60,288 bases of DNA, taken from assembly GCA_036489325.1 (NCBI GenBank), contig DASXGB010000054.1, forward strand, positions 1-60,288, read 5' to 3'. The position numbers and the translations under genes are program-made. Shown here one piece after another: positions 45,030-55,243 of the stretch. The first letter of the stretch is position 1, and every line of letters begins with the position of its first letter. The DNA comes from Caulobacteraceae bacterium. GTDB taxonomy: Bacteria > Pseudomonadota > Alphaproteobacteria > Caulobacterales > Caulobacteraceae. The notes beneath the pieces were generated by a model. The model did no database searches and was not told the origin of the DNA. It was given only the letters and a program-made list of their open reading frames with translations.

Positions 45030-45962
45030 TCAGACGTCGAAGTCGAGACCGACGTCCTGATAGAGGCTTCGATCCTCAGACCATCCTGCCCGAACCTTCA
45101 CATGCAGGAACAAATGCGCTGGGCGGCCCAGCAAGTCGCTCAGTTCCTGGCGCGCCGCCTGGCCGATCCACTTGAGGGTGGCGCCGCCCTTGCCGACCAG
45201 AATGCCGCGCTGACCATCGCGCTCGACGTAGATCGTCTGTTCGATTCGCACCGATCCGTCGGTGCGTTCTTCGTACTGGGTCGTTTCCACCGCCGCGCCA
45301 TAGGGAATCTCATCGTGTACGCGCAGGTAGAGCTTCTCGCGGGTGATTTCGGCGGCCAACAACCGCAGCGGGATGTCGGCGCTCTGGTCCTCAGGATAGA
45401 GCCATGGGCCCGCCGGCATCCGGTCTGCCAAACGCCTCTTAAGATCCTTGACCCCGGCCCCGCCCGTGGCCGAGATGAGAAAGACCTCCTCATAGACCTC
45501 ATTGTCGAACAGGCCGTCGATGAGGGTCAGCAGGCGCTCCTTCTTCACGCGATCGATCTTGTTGATCGCGAGGATCGATTTGCGCCCCGACGCCTTGAGC
45601 CTGTTTCGGATCGCCTCCGCATCCTTGACCGCAAGCCAGTCCGCGCTACGGGCTTCCGCCGAGAGCACATGATCCTGAGCCTCGGCGTCGATGACATGCA
45701 CAATGGCCTCGGCGTCGTCCGCACCCTTCCAGGCCGCCCGCACCATCGCCCGATCAAGGCGTCGGCGCGGATCGAAAATCCCTGGCGTATCCACCAGGAC
45801 GATCTGAGTATCCCCTTCGATGGCGAGGCCCCTGACAACGAAGCGGGTTGTCTGCACCTTGCGGGTGACGATCGACACCTTGGTCCCTACCAGGCGATTG
45901 ACCAGGGTCGACTTTCCAGCGTTCGGCGCTCCGATGACAGCGACAAAACCGGCGCGTGTCAT
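45030..45962 (-). CDS. era: GTPase Era
   Basis: GAPNAGKSTL, QTTR, DTPG, NKID motifs and KH domain (VGKGG). Confidence 0.98.
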   Translation of the reverse strand: MTRAGFVAVIGAPNAGKSTLVNRLVGTKVSIVTRKVQTTRFVVRGLAIEGDTQIVLVDTPGIFDPRRRLDRAMVRAAWKGADDAEAIVHVIDAEAQDHVLSAEARSADWLAVKDAEAIRNRLKASGRKSILAINKIDRVKKERLLTLIDGLFDNEVYEEVFLISATGGAGVKDLKRRLADRMPAGPWLYPEDQSADIPLRLLAAEITREKLYLRVHDEIPYGAAVETTQYEERTDGSVRIEQTIYVERDGQRGILVGKGGATLKWIGQAARQELSDLLGRPAHLFLHVKVRAGWSEDRSLYQDVGLDFDV

Positions 45963-46651
45963 GGCTCAGGCCTTAGCCTGCGAAGCAGAGCAAGCGCCGC
46001 GGCCTTCTCTGCAACTCGAACGGCGTTGGCGCTGGCCCTCTCCGGCGCCTCGCCTTCGACCCGTGCTTCGAGCGTGAACAGAGGAGCATGGTCCGGCCCT
46101 GATCGCTCGAGAATGCGATAGACCGGCGACCCGCGGCCATTCGCCACCGCCCACTCCTGCAGGATCGATTTTGGGTCGACCACGTCGGCATCGTGCGGCT
46201 CGGACATCAGCGGCGTCCAGAGACGCAACACGATCGTTGAGGTCTCGCTGAGGCCCAGTTCAAGAAAGAGCGCGGCAATCAGCGCCTCGCAAGCATCGCC
46301 GAGGACGGTGTCCAACGCCCGCGCGCCCCGCCTGGTTTCGCCGGCTGGCATCCTCAGCGCCTCGCCCAGGCCAATGCTTCGGGCCACTCGTGCGCAAGCC
46401 AGGCCATTGGCAAGGCCGTGAAGCCGGCGCGTGAGGACGCCGACTTCGGCCTCATTATCACCGTCGATCAGCGAAGCGGCGATGATCAGGCCCAACACCC
46501 GGTCGCCCAGAAATTCAAGCCGCTCATTGTCTCCGCGTTTGCGACTTCGAGCGCTGGCATGAGTCAGCGCCTGTTCGAGCAGCCCGCGATCTCTGAAATG
46601 GTGGCCGAGGCGTTTCTCGAGCCGATCAACGGACTCCAGACGACGGTTCAC
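45959..46651 (-). CDS. rnc: Ribonuclease III
   Basis: NERLEFLGDRVL signature, DACEALIAA, and dsRBD (DPKSILQE, GPDHAP). Confidence 0.97.
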   Translation of the reverse strand: MNRRLESVDRLEKRLGHHFRDRGLLEQALTHASARSRKRGDNERLEFLGDRVLGLIIAASLIDGDNEAEVGVLTRRLHGLANGLACARVARSIGLGEALRMPAGETRRGARALDTVLGDACEALIAALFLELGLSETSTIVLRLWTPLMSEPHDADVVDPKSILQEWAVANGRGSPVYRILERSGPDHAPLFTLEARVEGEAPERASANAVRVAEKAAALALLRRLRPEP

Positions 46652-46664
46652 TACTTCGCCGTTA

Positions 46665-47495
46665 TCAGTTGACCCAACGCAGGAAACGGTTCCAGCGCAG
46701 GTCGAGCCACGTCCAGGGCTTGAAGATCGACGCGTCCTCTTTCCACGAAAGGATTACTATCCTCGCCCTTCCCTCCAGGTTCGGCTCGGGCACGAACCCG
46801 ACGCCGTACTCGCCACCAACTGCGGCGTCGGCGCCGCTATCCCAGCCGCAGCCGCCAAGCAGGGGGTCGTCAGACGAGAGGCCCGGGTCGAAACGACTGT
46901 CGGCCGAGTTTTCGCGGTTATCTCCCATCATGAAATAGCAGTGCGGTGGCACGTGATAGATCGCCGTGTTGTCGGCCGGCTCTCTGCCGCCGTGAGACTG
47001 GATGAGATAGGAGCGTCCTTCCGGATTGGTTTCGCGCATCAGCGTGGCCTGCTCGGGCCGCTCGCGATCAGTCGTCTCTATTGTCTTCACAGGGACCTGA
47101 CGCAGAGGCTTGCCGTTGACGTACAAGATCCCTTGCCGAATCTGAATGGTGTCACCGGGTAGGCCCACCAACCGCTTGATGTAGTCGGTATTGCCATCCC
47201 TTGGCAGCTTGAAGACGATCACGTCCCCTCGCTTTGGCGGGGCGAAAAGTATTCTTCCCTTGAATAACGGCGGACTGAACAGGATCGAGTGCCGGCTGTA
47301 GCCGTACGACCACTTCGAGACAACGATATAGTCCCCCTGGTAAAGGTTTGGCTCCTCCGAAGCCGACGGGATCGTGTAGGGCTGGAAGAGAAGGGTCCTG
47401 ATCACCAGGGCGATCAGCAAAGCCCAGACGATCGTCTTGACGATTTCCACGACTTCTTCGGTCGCGCCCTTTGATTTGGCCTTGGTTTTGCTCAT
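46665..47495 (-). CDS. lepB: Signal peptidase I
   Basis: IPSAS Ser, YIKRLVGLPGD Lys and GDNRENSADSR motifs. Confidence 0.97.
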   Translation of the reverse strand: MSKTKAKSKGATEEVVEIVKTIVWALLIALVIRTLLFQPYTIPSASEEPNLYQGDYIVVSKWSYGYSRHSILFSPPLFKGRILFAPPKRGDVIVFKLPRDGNTDYIKRLVGLPGDTIQIRQGILYVNGKPLRQVPVKTIETTDRERPEQATLMRETNPEGRSYLIQSHGGREPADNTAIYHVPPHCYFMMGDNRENSADSRFDPGLSSDDPLLGGCGWDSGADAAVGGEYGVGFVPEPNLEGRARIVILSWKEDASIFKPWTWLDLRWNRFLRWVN

Positions 47496-47579
47496 GGTCC
47501 TTTTGTCGGAAGCCGGCGATCGTTGGCCCTGCTAGACGCTGCTTGGCGCCTCGGCAAGGCGCGGTCGATTAAAACGCAG

Positions 47580-47978
47580 TCATACCGGAGTCGCTTCAAT
47601 GACCACGAAGGCCTGCGCGTAGGGAGGCTCGTCACTCAGGGTAAGGTGGAGCACGCAGGTGTGGCCGGACGGAGTAATCTCGGCAAGGCGGGCCGCTGCG
47701 CCCCCAGTCAGGGCCAGGGTTGGCCGCCCAGACCTTACATTGACCACGCCCATGTCTCGCCAGAAAACGCCGCGCCTCATTCCGGTCCCGAGCGCCTTGG
47801 CGCAAGCTTCCTTCGCGGCGAAGCGCTTTGCATAGGTTGCGGCAGGACCCGCTCTCCGCTCCGCGCGAGCCCGCTCGACCTCCGTGAAAACGCGGCGCAC
47901 AAACCGTTCCCCAAATCGCTCCAGGCTATTCTCGATCCGCCGAATGTCGGTGATGTCCGAGCCGATGCCGATGATCAC
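47580..47978 (-). CDS. acpS: Holo-ACP synthase
   Basis: GIGSDI and [17 protein letters not shown] motifs. Confidence 0.97.
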   Translation of the reverse strand: MIIGIGSDITDIRRIENSLERFGERFVRRVFTEVERARAERRAGPAATYAKRFAAKEACAKALGTGMRRGVFWRDMGVVNVRSGRPTLALTGGAAARLAEITPSGHTCVLHLTLSDEPPYAQAFVVIEATPV

Positions 47979-48736
47979 GCGGCGTGCTCGCTGCGTGTCT
48001 TGTCCATCAGCGCCCGCATCCGGCGGATCGCGGGATCGAGTCCGGTGAAAATGGCCTCACCAACCAGAAAATGGCCGATGTTGAGCTCGACGACCTCGGG
48101 AATGGCCGCGATGGGGCCGACCGTCTCATAGTCGATGCCATGGCCGGCGTGCACCTCAAGGCCGAGCGATGCGGCCTGGCGCGCCCCTTCCTGGAGCTGG
48201 ACAAGGAGCTCCCCGGCATTGGCCGCGCGTTCGCGAACCGCCATGCACCAGGCGCCGGTATGCAACTCTACCACTTGGGCCGCTGTGCTTGCCGCCGCTT
48301 CTATCTGTCTCGGGTCCGGTTCGATGAAAAGCGAAACGCGGATTCCGGCCGATCGAAGTTCCGCGGCCAGGGGCGCGAGCCTGTTGTGCGCGCCGGCTAC
48401 GTCGAGGCCGCCCTCAGTGGTCACTTCTTCGCGGCGCTCCGGCACAAGGCAGGCCGCGGGTGGCCGGTGGGCCAGGGCGATTGCGCGCATTTCCTCAGTG
48501 CTGGCCATTTCGAGATTGAGTGGCCGGCCACGCCGTCTGGTTAAGCTCACGAGGCGATCGATGTCTTCGTCCGAGATATGCCGCCGATCTTCCCTCAGGT
48601 GAGCAGTGATCCCGTCCGCGCCCGCTTGCATGGCCAACTCTGCGGCCCGGACCGGATCGGGATAAGACTCCCCCCGTGCGTTGCGGATAGTGGCCACGTG
48701 GTCGATGTTGACCCCAAGTCGCAGACGATTGGTCAC
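47975..48736 (-). CDS. pdxJ: Pyridoxine 5'-phosphate synthase
   Basis: [24 protein letters not shown] and ELNIGHF motifs. Confidence 0.98.
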   Translation of the reverse strand: MTNRLRLGVNIDHVATIRNARGESYPDPVRAAELAMQAGADGITAHLREDRRHISDEDIDRLVSLTRRRGRPLNLEMASTEEMRAIALAHRPPAACLVPERREEVTTEGGLDVAGAHNRLAPLAAELRSAGIRVSLFIEPDPRQIEAAASTAAQVVELHTGAWCMAVRERAANAGELLVQLQEGARQAASLGLEVHAGHGIDYETVGPIAAIPEVVELNIGHFLVGEAIFTGLDPAIRRMRALMDKTRSEHAA

Positions 48737-49317
48737 GCCGATAACCTCCGGCTACCGGGCTCTTCGGCAGGAATGGCGGCCAGTTCGGGTGGCAGTGAAT
48801 CCGCCGGCCAAGATGGAACGTCGAGCATGGCCAGCGCGATCATCGGAGCTCCGCAATCAGCTTTGCCGCCCGACCGATCGACCAGGCATGCCGCGCAGAC
48901 CACCTCGCCGCCGGCCGCGCGGATCGCCTCCACTGTTTCACGCGATGAAAGTCCCGTAGTGACAATGTCCTCAACCATGGCGACCCGGGCGCCTGGTGCG
49001 AGGTGAAATCCGCGCCGGAACCGCAACGCTCCGCCTTCCCGTTCGACATAGATTGAGGGCACGCGAAGATGGCGCGCGGTCTCATAGCCTGGAATGATCC
49101 CTCCCACCGCCGGCGAGACGCAGACATCGATCTGGCCGACCCTGGCCCTGATCGCCGCCGCCAGGGCGCGACACAGTCGTTCGCTTCGCTCCGGATGCAT
49201 GAAGACGAGATTCTTCTGCAGAAAAACACTGGAGTGAAGACCTGACGAGAGGATGAAATGGCCCTCGCGCAACGCGCCTGCAGCGCGGAATTCCTCGAGC
49301 ACGTCGTCATTGGTCAT
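48733..49317 (-). CDS. pyrE: Orotate phosphoribosyltransferase
   Basis: [11 protein letters not shown] and VEDIVTTG (PRPP loop) motifs; ATG at 49317. Confidence 0.96.
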   Translation of the reverse strand: MTNDDVLEEFRAAGALREGHFILSSGLHSSVFLQKNLVFMHPERSERLCRALAAAIRARVGQIDVCVSPAVGGIIPGYETARHLRVPSIYVEREGGALRFRRGFHLAPGARVAMVEDIVTTGLSSRETVEAIRAAGGEVVCAACLVDRSGGKADCGAPMIALAMLDVPSWPADSLPPELAAIPAEEPGSRRLSA

Positions 49318-49363
49318 GCCGGTTGAATAGCTCAGGCTGGGAGCACGGAAAACCGCGCGTCCC

Positions 49364-51628
49364 TCATCCTTGCGCGCGGTCAACCGTCTCGACGCTTGGA
49401 CAGGCGCGCAGGGCAGCGGCGATGTGGGTCAGGTGGCGGGCGTCCTTGACCTCGACTGTGATGTCCACATCGAAGAAGTTCGAATGCCTGTGGCGCAGAT
49501 TGATGCCGATGATGTTGCCCCCGGCCTCACCGATGATCGTGCAGATCTGGCCCAGGACCCCGGGAGCATCCCGAACGGTGGCTCTGAGACGGGCATCGGA
49601 AATCGTGTTCCGCTCAGCTTCCGGCGTCCACTGGAGGTCGCGCCAGAGCTCCTCCCTATCTTCGTAGGTGGCGAGCACGGGGCAATCGATCGTGTGAACG
49701 GCCAGGCCTTTGTCCTTTTCGACAATGCCGACAATACGGTCGCCAGGCATGGGGTCGCAGCACGGCATAAAATGCAGAACGACGCCTGGGCTGAGCCCGC
49801 CGCCCTGGACATAGAAATGAGCTGCCCGACCGTCCTCGATGCGTCGCCGCGCAGAGGCGGCCTCTCTTTCGATATCCTTGAGACCGGGGAAGACAGTCTC
49901 GAGGACTTGAGCGGGCGTTATACGTCCGCGCCCGACCGCGTCCATCAGCTCGCCCTCATTGGCGGCGGCGAACCGCTCCAGCGCCGGTCTCAGTGAGACG
50001 TCGGAAAGGGTCTTCCCGGCTCGTTCGAATGTCTGTTCAAGCGATGCGCGACCCATCCGCAGGAATTCCTCACGCTCGGTCAATCGGATCAGACGGCGGA
50101 TTGCCGAACGCGCTCTGCCACTCACGGTCAGGCTCCGCCAGTCCGGCGGGGGGGCCGCCTTGGGCCCCCGGATCACTTCGACCACATCGCCATTCTGAAG
50201 GGTGATGCGCAGCGGTCGCAGTTCACCGTTCACCTTCACGCCGATGCAAGTGTCGCCGACATCGGTGTGCACCGCGTAAGCGAAGTCCAGAGGCATGGCC
50301 CCGGCAGGAAGGCTGATCAGCTTTCCCTTGGGGGTGAACACGAACACCTGGTCGAGGAACATCTCCATCTTGGCGTGTTCAAGTAGGTCCTCGGCGTCGC
50401 CGCCCTGATCGAGCACCTGGACTAGCTGGCGCAGGTTCTCCAGCGGATTGGAACCGCCGGCCGCGGCGGCGGCCTCCGGATCGAAGCCATACGTCTCGTT
50501 CTTGTAACGCCAGTGCGCCGCCACACCCTGTTCAGCCACCTGGTCCATGATCTCGGTGCGGATCTGCAGTTCGATGCGCGCAGCCCTGGGCCCGACGATG
50601 GTCGTATGGATCGAGCGGTAGTTGTTCCGCTTGGGCGTCGAGATGAAATCCTTAAACCGATCCGGAACCATCGACCAAGTTCGGTGAATGACCCCCAAGG
50701 CGCGATAGCAATCATCCTCGCTGTCGACGATAACGCGGAAGGCATAGATGTCGGATAGTTGTGCGAATCCAAGCGACTTGCGTTGCAACTTCCGCCAGAT
50801 CGAGAAGGGATTCTTTTCGCGCCCGACCACGCGCGCGGTGATCCCCGCCTCCGCCAGCTTGTGGACGACCTCGCCGCTAACCAGCGACACGGACCTGCCC
50901 TGTCGGCCCCTCAGGGCGTCCAGCCGCCGGATAATGGCGTCGCGCGCCACCGGGTTTAGATGGCTGAACGCCAGTTCCTCAAGTTCCGAACAGATCCGAT
51001 GGCAACCGATTGAGCGGGCCAGGGGTGCGTAAATGTCCAAAGTTTCGCGGGCAATGCGCTCGCGTTTCGCGGCGCTGGCGATGAAATGCAGCGTTCGCAT
51101 GTTGTGCAGCCGGTCGGCCAGCTTGACCAGCAGCACACGGACATCCTTCGAGACGGCCAGGATGAATTTCCGCAGGTTCTCGGCTTGCCGCTTGTGGTCG
51201 GCGGTCGCCTCCAGGCGCGAAAGCTTAGTGACCCCCTCGACCAATTCCCCGATTTCGGAACCGAAAAGCCGATCGATGTCCGTGCGGTGCGCTTCCGTGT
51301 CCTCAATGACATCGTGCAGAAGGGCAGTGACGATGGTCGCCGTGTCGAGCTTGTAGTCAGTGAGGATGCCGGCCACCTCTATCGGATGGGCGAAATAGGG
51401 GTCTCCTGACGCCCTCTTCTGCGAGCCGTGCATCCGCATCGCGTAGACGTAGGCTCGGTTGAGCAACGCCTCGTCGGCGCTGGGATCATAGGCGCGGACG
51501 CGCTCAATGAGTTCGTATTGCCTGAGGAACTTGCGCGGTTCGCCCTTTCCAGGGCCGGGCGAAGCCGGCGTAGCGACGGGAGGCGGCGCCGCCTGGGGAT
51601 TCAGAGTCTCGGCATGTTCGAGACTCAG
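49364..51628 (-). CDS. spoT: Bifunctional (p)ppGpp synthetase/hydrolase RelA/SpoT (start appears to be CTG at 51628)
   Basis: HD domain (LLHDVIED), [12 protein letters not shown], synthetase (YRSIHT, IELQIRT), TGS (FAYAVHT) and ACT domains; conserved [16 protein letters not shown] lies upstream of the track's start at 51466. Confidence 0.95.
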   Translation of the reverse strand: MSLEHAETLNPQAAPPPVATPASPGPGKGEPRKFLRQYELIERVRAYDPSADEALLNRAYVYAMRMHGSQKRASGDPYFAHPIEVAGILTDYKLDTATIVTALLHDVIEDTEAHRTDIDRLFGSEIGELVEGVTKLSRLEATADHKRQAENLRKFILAVSKDVRVLLVKLADRLHNMRTLHFIASAAKRERIARETLDIYAPLARSIGCHRICSELEELAFSHLNPVARDAIIRRLDALRGRQGRSVSLVSGEVVHKLAEAGITARVVGREKNPFSIWRKLQRKSLGFAQLSDIYAFRVIVDSEDDCYRALGVIHRTWSMVPDRFKDFISTPKRNNYRSIHTTIVGPRAARIELQIRTEIMDQVAEQGVAAHWRYKNETYGFDPEAAAAAGGSNPLENLRQLVQVLDQGGDAEDLLEHAKMEMFLDQVFVFTPKGKLISLPAGAMPLDFAYAVHTDVGDTCIGVKVNGELRPLRITLQNGDVVEVIRGPKAAPPPDWRSLTVSGRARSAIRRLIRLTEREEFLRMGRASLEQTFERAGKTLSDVSLRPALERFAAANEGELMDAVGRGRITPAQVLETVFPGLKDIEREAASARRRIEDGRAAHFYVQGGGLSPGVVLHFMPCCDPMPGDRIVGIVEKDKGLAVHTIDCPVLATYEDREELWRDLQWTPEAERNTISDARLRATVRDAPGVLGQICTIIGEAGGNIIGINLRHRHSNFFDVDITVEVKDARHLTHIAAALRACPSVETVDRAQG

Positions 51629-51984
51629 TAGCGTTCCTCCTGGCCGCCGTCACGGTCACTTTGCAGAGCCCGCACCAGTTCCTGCTCGCTCATTCGCGAG
51701 TGAGATGGATCGGCCAGTAGGGCCAGGGTTTCGGCTTCTTCCTCGGCTTCCGAATGTTCGTCGACACGCTGCAGGCTGGTGATGAGGGTTTCGCGCAGGT
51801 CCTCAGGGTCGACCACATCCTCGGCAATCTCGCGGAGTGCGACCACTGGGTTCTTGTCATTATCCCGGTCGACCATCAGGGGACCGCCGGCCGCGATCGC
51901 TCGAGCTCGGTTGGCGGCATACAGAACAAGGCTGAAGCGATTTGGGACGCGGGTGACGCAGTCTTCGACGGTGACGCGGGCCAT
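51625..51984 (-). CDS. rpoZ: RNA polymerase omega subunit
   Basis: MARVTVEDC...NRF...[14 protein letters not shown]. Confidence 0.98.
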   Translation of the reverse strand: MARVTVEDCVTRVPNRFSLVLYAANRARAIAAGGPLMVDRDNDKNPVVALREIAEDVVDPEDLRETLITSLQRVDEHSEAEEEAETLALLADPSHSRMSEQELVRALQSDRDGGQEERY

Positions 51985-52029
51985 TAGGTCTCACGGATTT
52001 TAGGGAGAATTGTCGTCCTAGATAACGTT

Positions 52030-52599
52030 TCAGAGGTTTTTGTGCAACGCCGCACGGCGCATTGGCTTGGCGTCGGCGCCTATTTTTGCGCGTCCCACCA
52101 GAGCTTGCGCGCTCTCGCCCAGACGTGGGTGACGCCATGACGGGGCAACTTCCGCCAGCGGCCCCATGACGAAGAGCCGCTCGTGCGCTCGAGGGTGAGG
52201 AAGGATCAGATTCTCACTGTCGATCACCGTGCGGCCATGCGCAATCAGGTCAAGGTCGAGAGTGCGGGGCTCGTTTGCGCCCTCGCGGATGCGGGCGAAC
52301 TCGCGTTCGACCTCATTCAGGCTCGCGAGCGTATCCCGGGGCGGTGCGTCGGAAAGTAGGAGGGCCACGCCATTGATGAATTCGGGATTGGCTGGATTTG
52401 GCCACGCTTTGGATCGCCACCACCTGGAACGGACGATCGGGCGAAACCCCACTTCACTCAGCCTGTCGAACGCCGCTTCGAGCAGCGATATGGAAGAGGC
52501 AAATGGTCCCGATTGATTGGAGCCAAGCGCTACGACAACGGCAGAATCCAGCCAATCGGGGGCGAGCCATGGCGGGGGCTTTTCCGTTGCGGGCTTCAT
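52030..52599 (-). CDS. folK: 6-hydroxymethyl-7,8-dihydropterin pyrophosphokinase
   Basis: VALGSN, FINGV, PRTLDLDL and LPHPRAHERLFV motifs; ATG at 52599 or a later start. Confidence 0.95.
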   Translation of the reverse strand: MKPATEKPPPWLAPDWLDSAVVVALGSNQSGPFASSISLLEAAFDRLSEVGFRPIVRSRWWRSKAWPNPANPEFINGVALLLSDAPPRDTLASLNEVEREFARIREGANEPRTLDLDLIAHGRTVIDSENLILPHPRAHERLFVMGPLAEVAPSWRHPRLGESAQALVGRAKIGADAKPMRRAALHKNL

Positions 52600-52615
52600 C
52601 TGCCAATTATAGCCC

Positions 52616-53266
52616 ATGCCAACGCCCTGCGAGCCGCCGCGCGACTGTCCGCTATGCCCGAGGCTCGTCGACTATCGAATGCAGAACAGGAGCCAACATC
52701 CCGACTGGTGGAACGGCCCTGCCACGTCATTCGGCGATCCGGATGCACGCCTGCTGATCGTCGGCCTTGCCCCGGGTAGAACTGGAGCCAATCGCACGGG
52801 GCGACCCTTTACGGGTGATTTCGCGGGCGTCCTCCTCTACGAGACTTTGATCAAGACCGGCTTCGCGAACGGCGCCTACGCCGCGGATCCTGACGACGGG
52901 CTGAAGCTCGCGGACTGCATGATCACCAACGCCGTGCGGTGCGCGCCCCCCGGCAACAAGCCACTGCCGGTTGAAGAGAGAACTTGCCGACCATTCCTCC
53001 TCGCACGATTGGAAGCCTTGCCTCGCCTTAAGGTGATTATTGCGCTCGGCGAGATCGCCAGACGAAACGTCATGCACGCCCTATGCACGAGACCCGGTCC
53101 ATCGCTGGGACACGCTGGCGAAGTCAATATCGGACCCTACCGGCTTATCAGCAGCTATCACTGTTCGCGACTGAACACACAGACCGGTCGATTGACGGTC
53201 GAAATGTTCGAGCTGGTTTTTCAGCGGGCAAAAGCCCTGCTGGCGGTTCAAAAGGCCATGGGATGA
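52616..53266 (+). CDS. Uracil-DNA glycosylase, Fe-S type (family 5/UdgB-like)
   Basis: CPLCPRL, VGLAP, GANRTGRPFTGD, VRCAPPGNKP and YHCSRLN motifs. Confidence 0.9.
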   Translation: MPTPCEPPRDCPLCPRLVDYRMQNRSQHPDWWNGPATSFGDPDARLLIVGLAPGRTGANRTGRPFTGDFAGVLLYETLIKTGFANGAYAADPDDGLKLADCMITNAVRCAPPGNKPLPVEERTCRPFLLARLEALPRLKVIIALGEIARRNVMHALCTRPGPSLGHAGEVNIGPYRLISSYHCSRLNTQTGRLTVEMFELVFQRAKALLAVQKAMG

Positions 53267-53946
53267 AACGTGAGCACCAGGGGCGTGCGAAACAGGATCT
53301 CGAGATCGAACCAAAACGACCAGCGGCGGATGTATTCGATGTCCTTTTCGATCCTCAGGGCCATGTCGCCTGGCTGCGGGGTTCGACCTCGGAAGCCAGA
53401 CACCTGCGCCAACCCGGTCAGACCGGGTTTCGCGAGGAAGCGAGCATTGTACCCGGGCACCAGCGCAGCGTAGTGAATGTCGTGTGGTACAGCGTGGGGT
53501 CGAGGCCCGATGAGCGACATCTCTCCAAGGATGACGTTCAGCAGTTGGGGCAACTCGTCGATGCTGGTGCGCCGGAGTAGCCGGCCGAGAAATGTCACCC
53601 GGACATCATCTCGCTGAGCTTGAACCACCACATCACCCCGGCGATCGCACACTCTCATGGTGCGAAACTTGTAGATGACGAAGGTCTGCCCGCGCAGTCC
53701 TGTCCGCTCCTGGGTGAAGATCGGCCATCCTCGGGTCTCAAGGGAAATGGCTACGGCAATCACCGCCAGGAGCGGTGAAAGCAAGAGAAGACCCAACATC
53801 GCGCCAATGAGGTCAACGATCCGCTTGGCGGAGTTCCCCGACAGGCGACGTGCGCCGGCTTCGAGCTGATCATCGACCGTCGATCCGATGTATTCGGAAG
53901 CGGCCTCGAGAAACGTAATCTGAGCGTGCGCTGTCATCGCCCGCAT
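53248..53946 (-). CDS. Small monotopic polyprenyl-phosphate phosphoglycosyl transferase (initiating sugar transferase)
   Basis: KRIVDL helix, YKFRTM, DELPQLLNVILGEMSLIGPRP and KPGLTGLAQV motifs. Confidence 0.92.
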   Translation of the reverse strand: MRAMTAHAQITFLEAASEYIGSTVDDQLEAGARRLSGNSAKRIVDLIGAMLGLLLLSPLLAVIAVAISLETRGWPIFTQERTGLRGQTFVIYKFRTMRVCDRRGDVVVQAQRDDVRVTFLGRLLRRTSIDELPQLLNVILGEMSLIGPRPHAVPHDIHYAALVPGYNARFLAKPGLTGLAQVSGFRGRTPQPGDMALRIEKDIEYIRRWSFWFDLEILFRTPLVLTFHPMAF

Positions 53947-54182
53947 CCCTTGGGGCAGACGTGACCTGCGTCACCCCACCGAACGGTTACGACCAAAGGT
54001 TCTTCTCCCCTGTCGTCCGCTCGTCGCCCCTGATCGAGCCGGTTCCCCAGACCGCGCCAACCTTTCGGCACAGAAGATGAGAGTGTCAAGGCCGCCACAA
54101 GTCCGACGATCATTGCACCGGCTGGAGAAATATCCGCAAAACCAGCTCTGCTGTCGCTCTCGAACGAACTGTAAATTCCGAC

Positions 54183-55190
54183 TCATCCAATCGATTGCGC
54201 ATAGAATTCCTGTCGCCAATCGCAAAAGGCTTTGACGCCTTCGTCCAATGAGGTGAACGGTCGATAACCTGTCAACGTCTCCAAAAGGCCACTATCGGCG
54301 AAGGTTCGGTGAACATCGCCCGGCTGCATCGGCAGGAACTCAATCTTCGCCTTCTGGCCGAGCGCGCGCTCCGTCGCAGCAATGAACTCCATGAGATTGA
54401 CTGGCTCGCCGCGGCCGATGTTCACGACGCGCCAAGGCGCAGTTGGGCTAAGGGAATCGCCCTCTGCCGCTCGACCGAGCTCGGGGGGCGCATCGATCAG
54501 CCTGCAGATCGCCTCGACCAGGTCATCGATGTAGGTAAAGTCGCGCTGAAGGTCGCCGTCGTTGAAGACTTCGATTGGCTTGCCCTTAAGGATCGCATCC
54601 ACGAACTTGAACAGCGCCATGTCAGGCCTCCCCCAAGGGCCATAGACGGTAAAGAACCGAAACACGGTCGTCGGGATGCCCCAGAGATGACTGTAACTGT
54701 GAGAGATCAGTTCTCCCGCGCCCTTGGTGGCTGCGTAGAGAGAAAGAGGATGAGCCGTTCGGTCGGACTCTTTGAAGGGGACTTCAGGATTGTCTCCGTA
54801 CACGGAGCTCGTCGAAGCGATCAGCAGATGCCGAAGGTTCAGGCGGCGAACCGCCTCCAGCAGATTGAAGGTCCCGACGAGGTTGCCCTCAATGTAAGCG
54901 CGTGGATTGTCCATTCCGTAGCGAACGCCCGCCTGGGCTGCGAGGTGAACGACGACTTCCGGCTGAGCAGCCTTGGCCACTCGGGCAAGGCTCTCTCCAT
55001 CCTCGAGCATTAGAGTGACCTCTCGGAACCCAGGCTCCTTCTTCAGCAGGGCGTGGCGAGCATGTTTTAACGAAACGTCGTAGTATGGCGTGAAGCCATC
55101 GACGCCGGTCACACCGTGACCCTCCTCGAGCAAACGTCTGGCGATATGAAAACCGATGAATCCCGCCGTACCGGTGATCAGGAAGTTCAT
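54183..55190 (-). CDS. UDP-glucuronate 4-epimerase family (extended SDR)
   Basis: TGTAGFIG, HLAAQAGVRY, STSSVYG, YAATK and RFFTVYGPWGRPDMA motifs; ATG at 55190. Confidence 0.92.
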   Translation of the reverse strand: MNFLITGTAGFIGFHIARRLLEEGHGVTGVDGFTPYYDVSLKHARHALLKKEPGFREVTLMLEDGESLARVAKAAQPEVVVHLAAQAGVRYGMDNPRAYIEGNLVGTFNLLEAVRRLNLRHLLIASTSSVYGDNPEVPFKESDRTAHPLSLYAATKGAGELISHSYSHLWGIPTTVFRFFTVYGPWGRPDMALFKFVDAILKGKPIEVFNDGDLQRDFTYIDDLVEAICRLIDAPPELGRAAEGDSLSPTAPWRVVNIGRGEPVNLMEFIAATERALGQKAKIEFLPMQPGDVHRTFADSGLLETLTGYRPFTSLDEGVKAFCDWRQEFYAQSIG

Positions 55191-55243
55191 CGAATGACCC
55201 TTAGGCTTGCTCGGCTTTGCGGCAATAGCAAAGCGCCGGGTGT

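Noticed and set aside
53971-54225. 84-aa ORF between the epimerase and sugar transferase genes
   Set aside because: It overlaps the epimerase end, has no motif or SD, and the region contains a minus-strand TTGACA (54089-54084), so it looks more like a promoter region.
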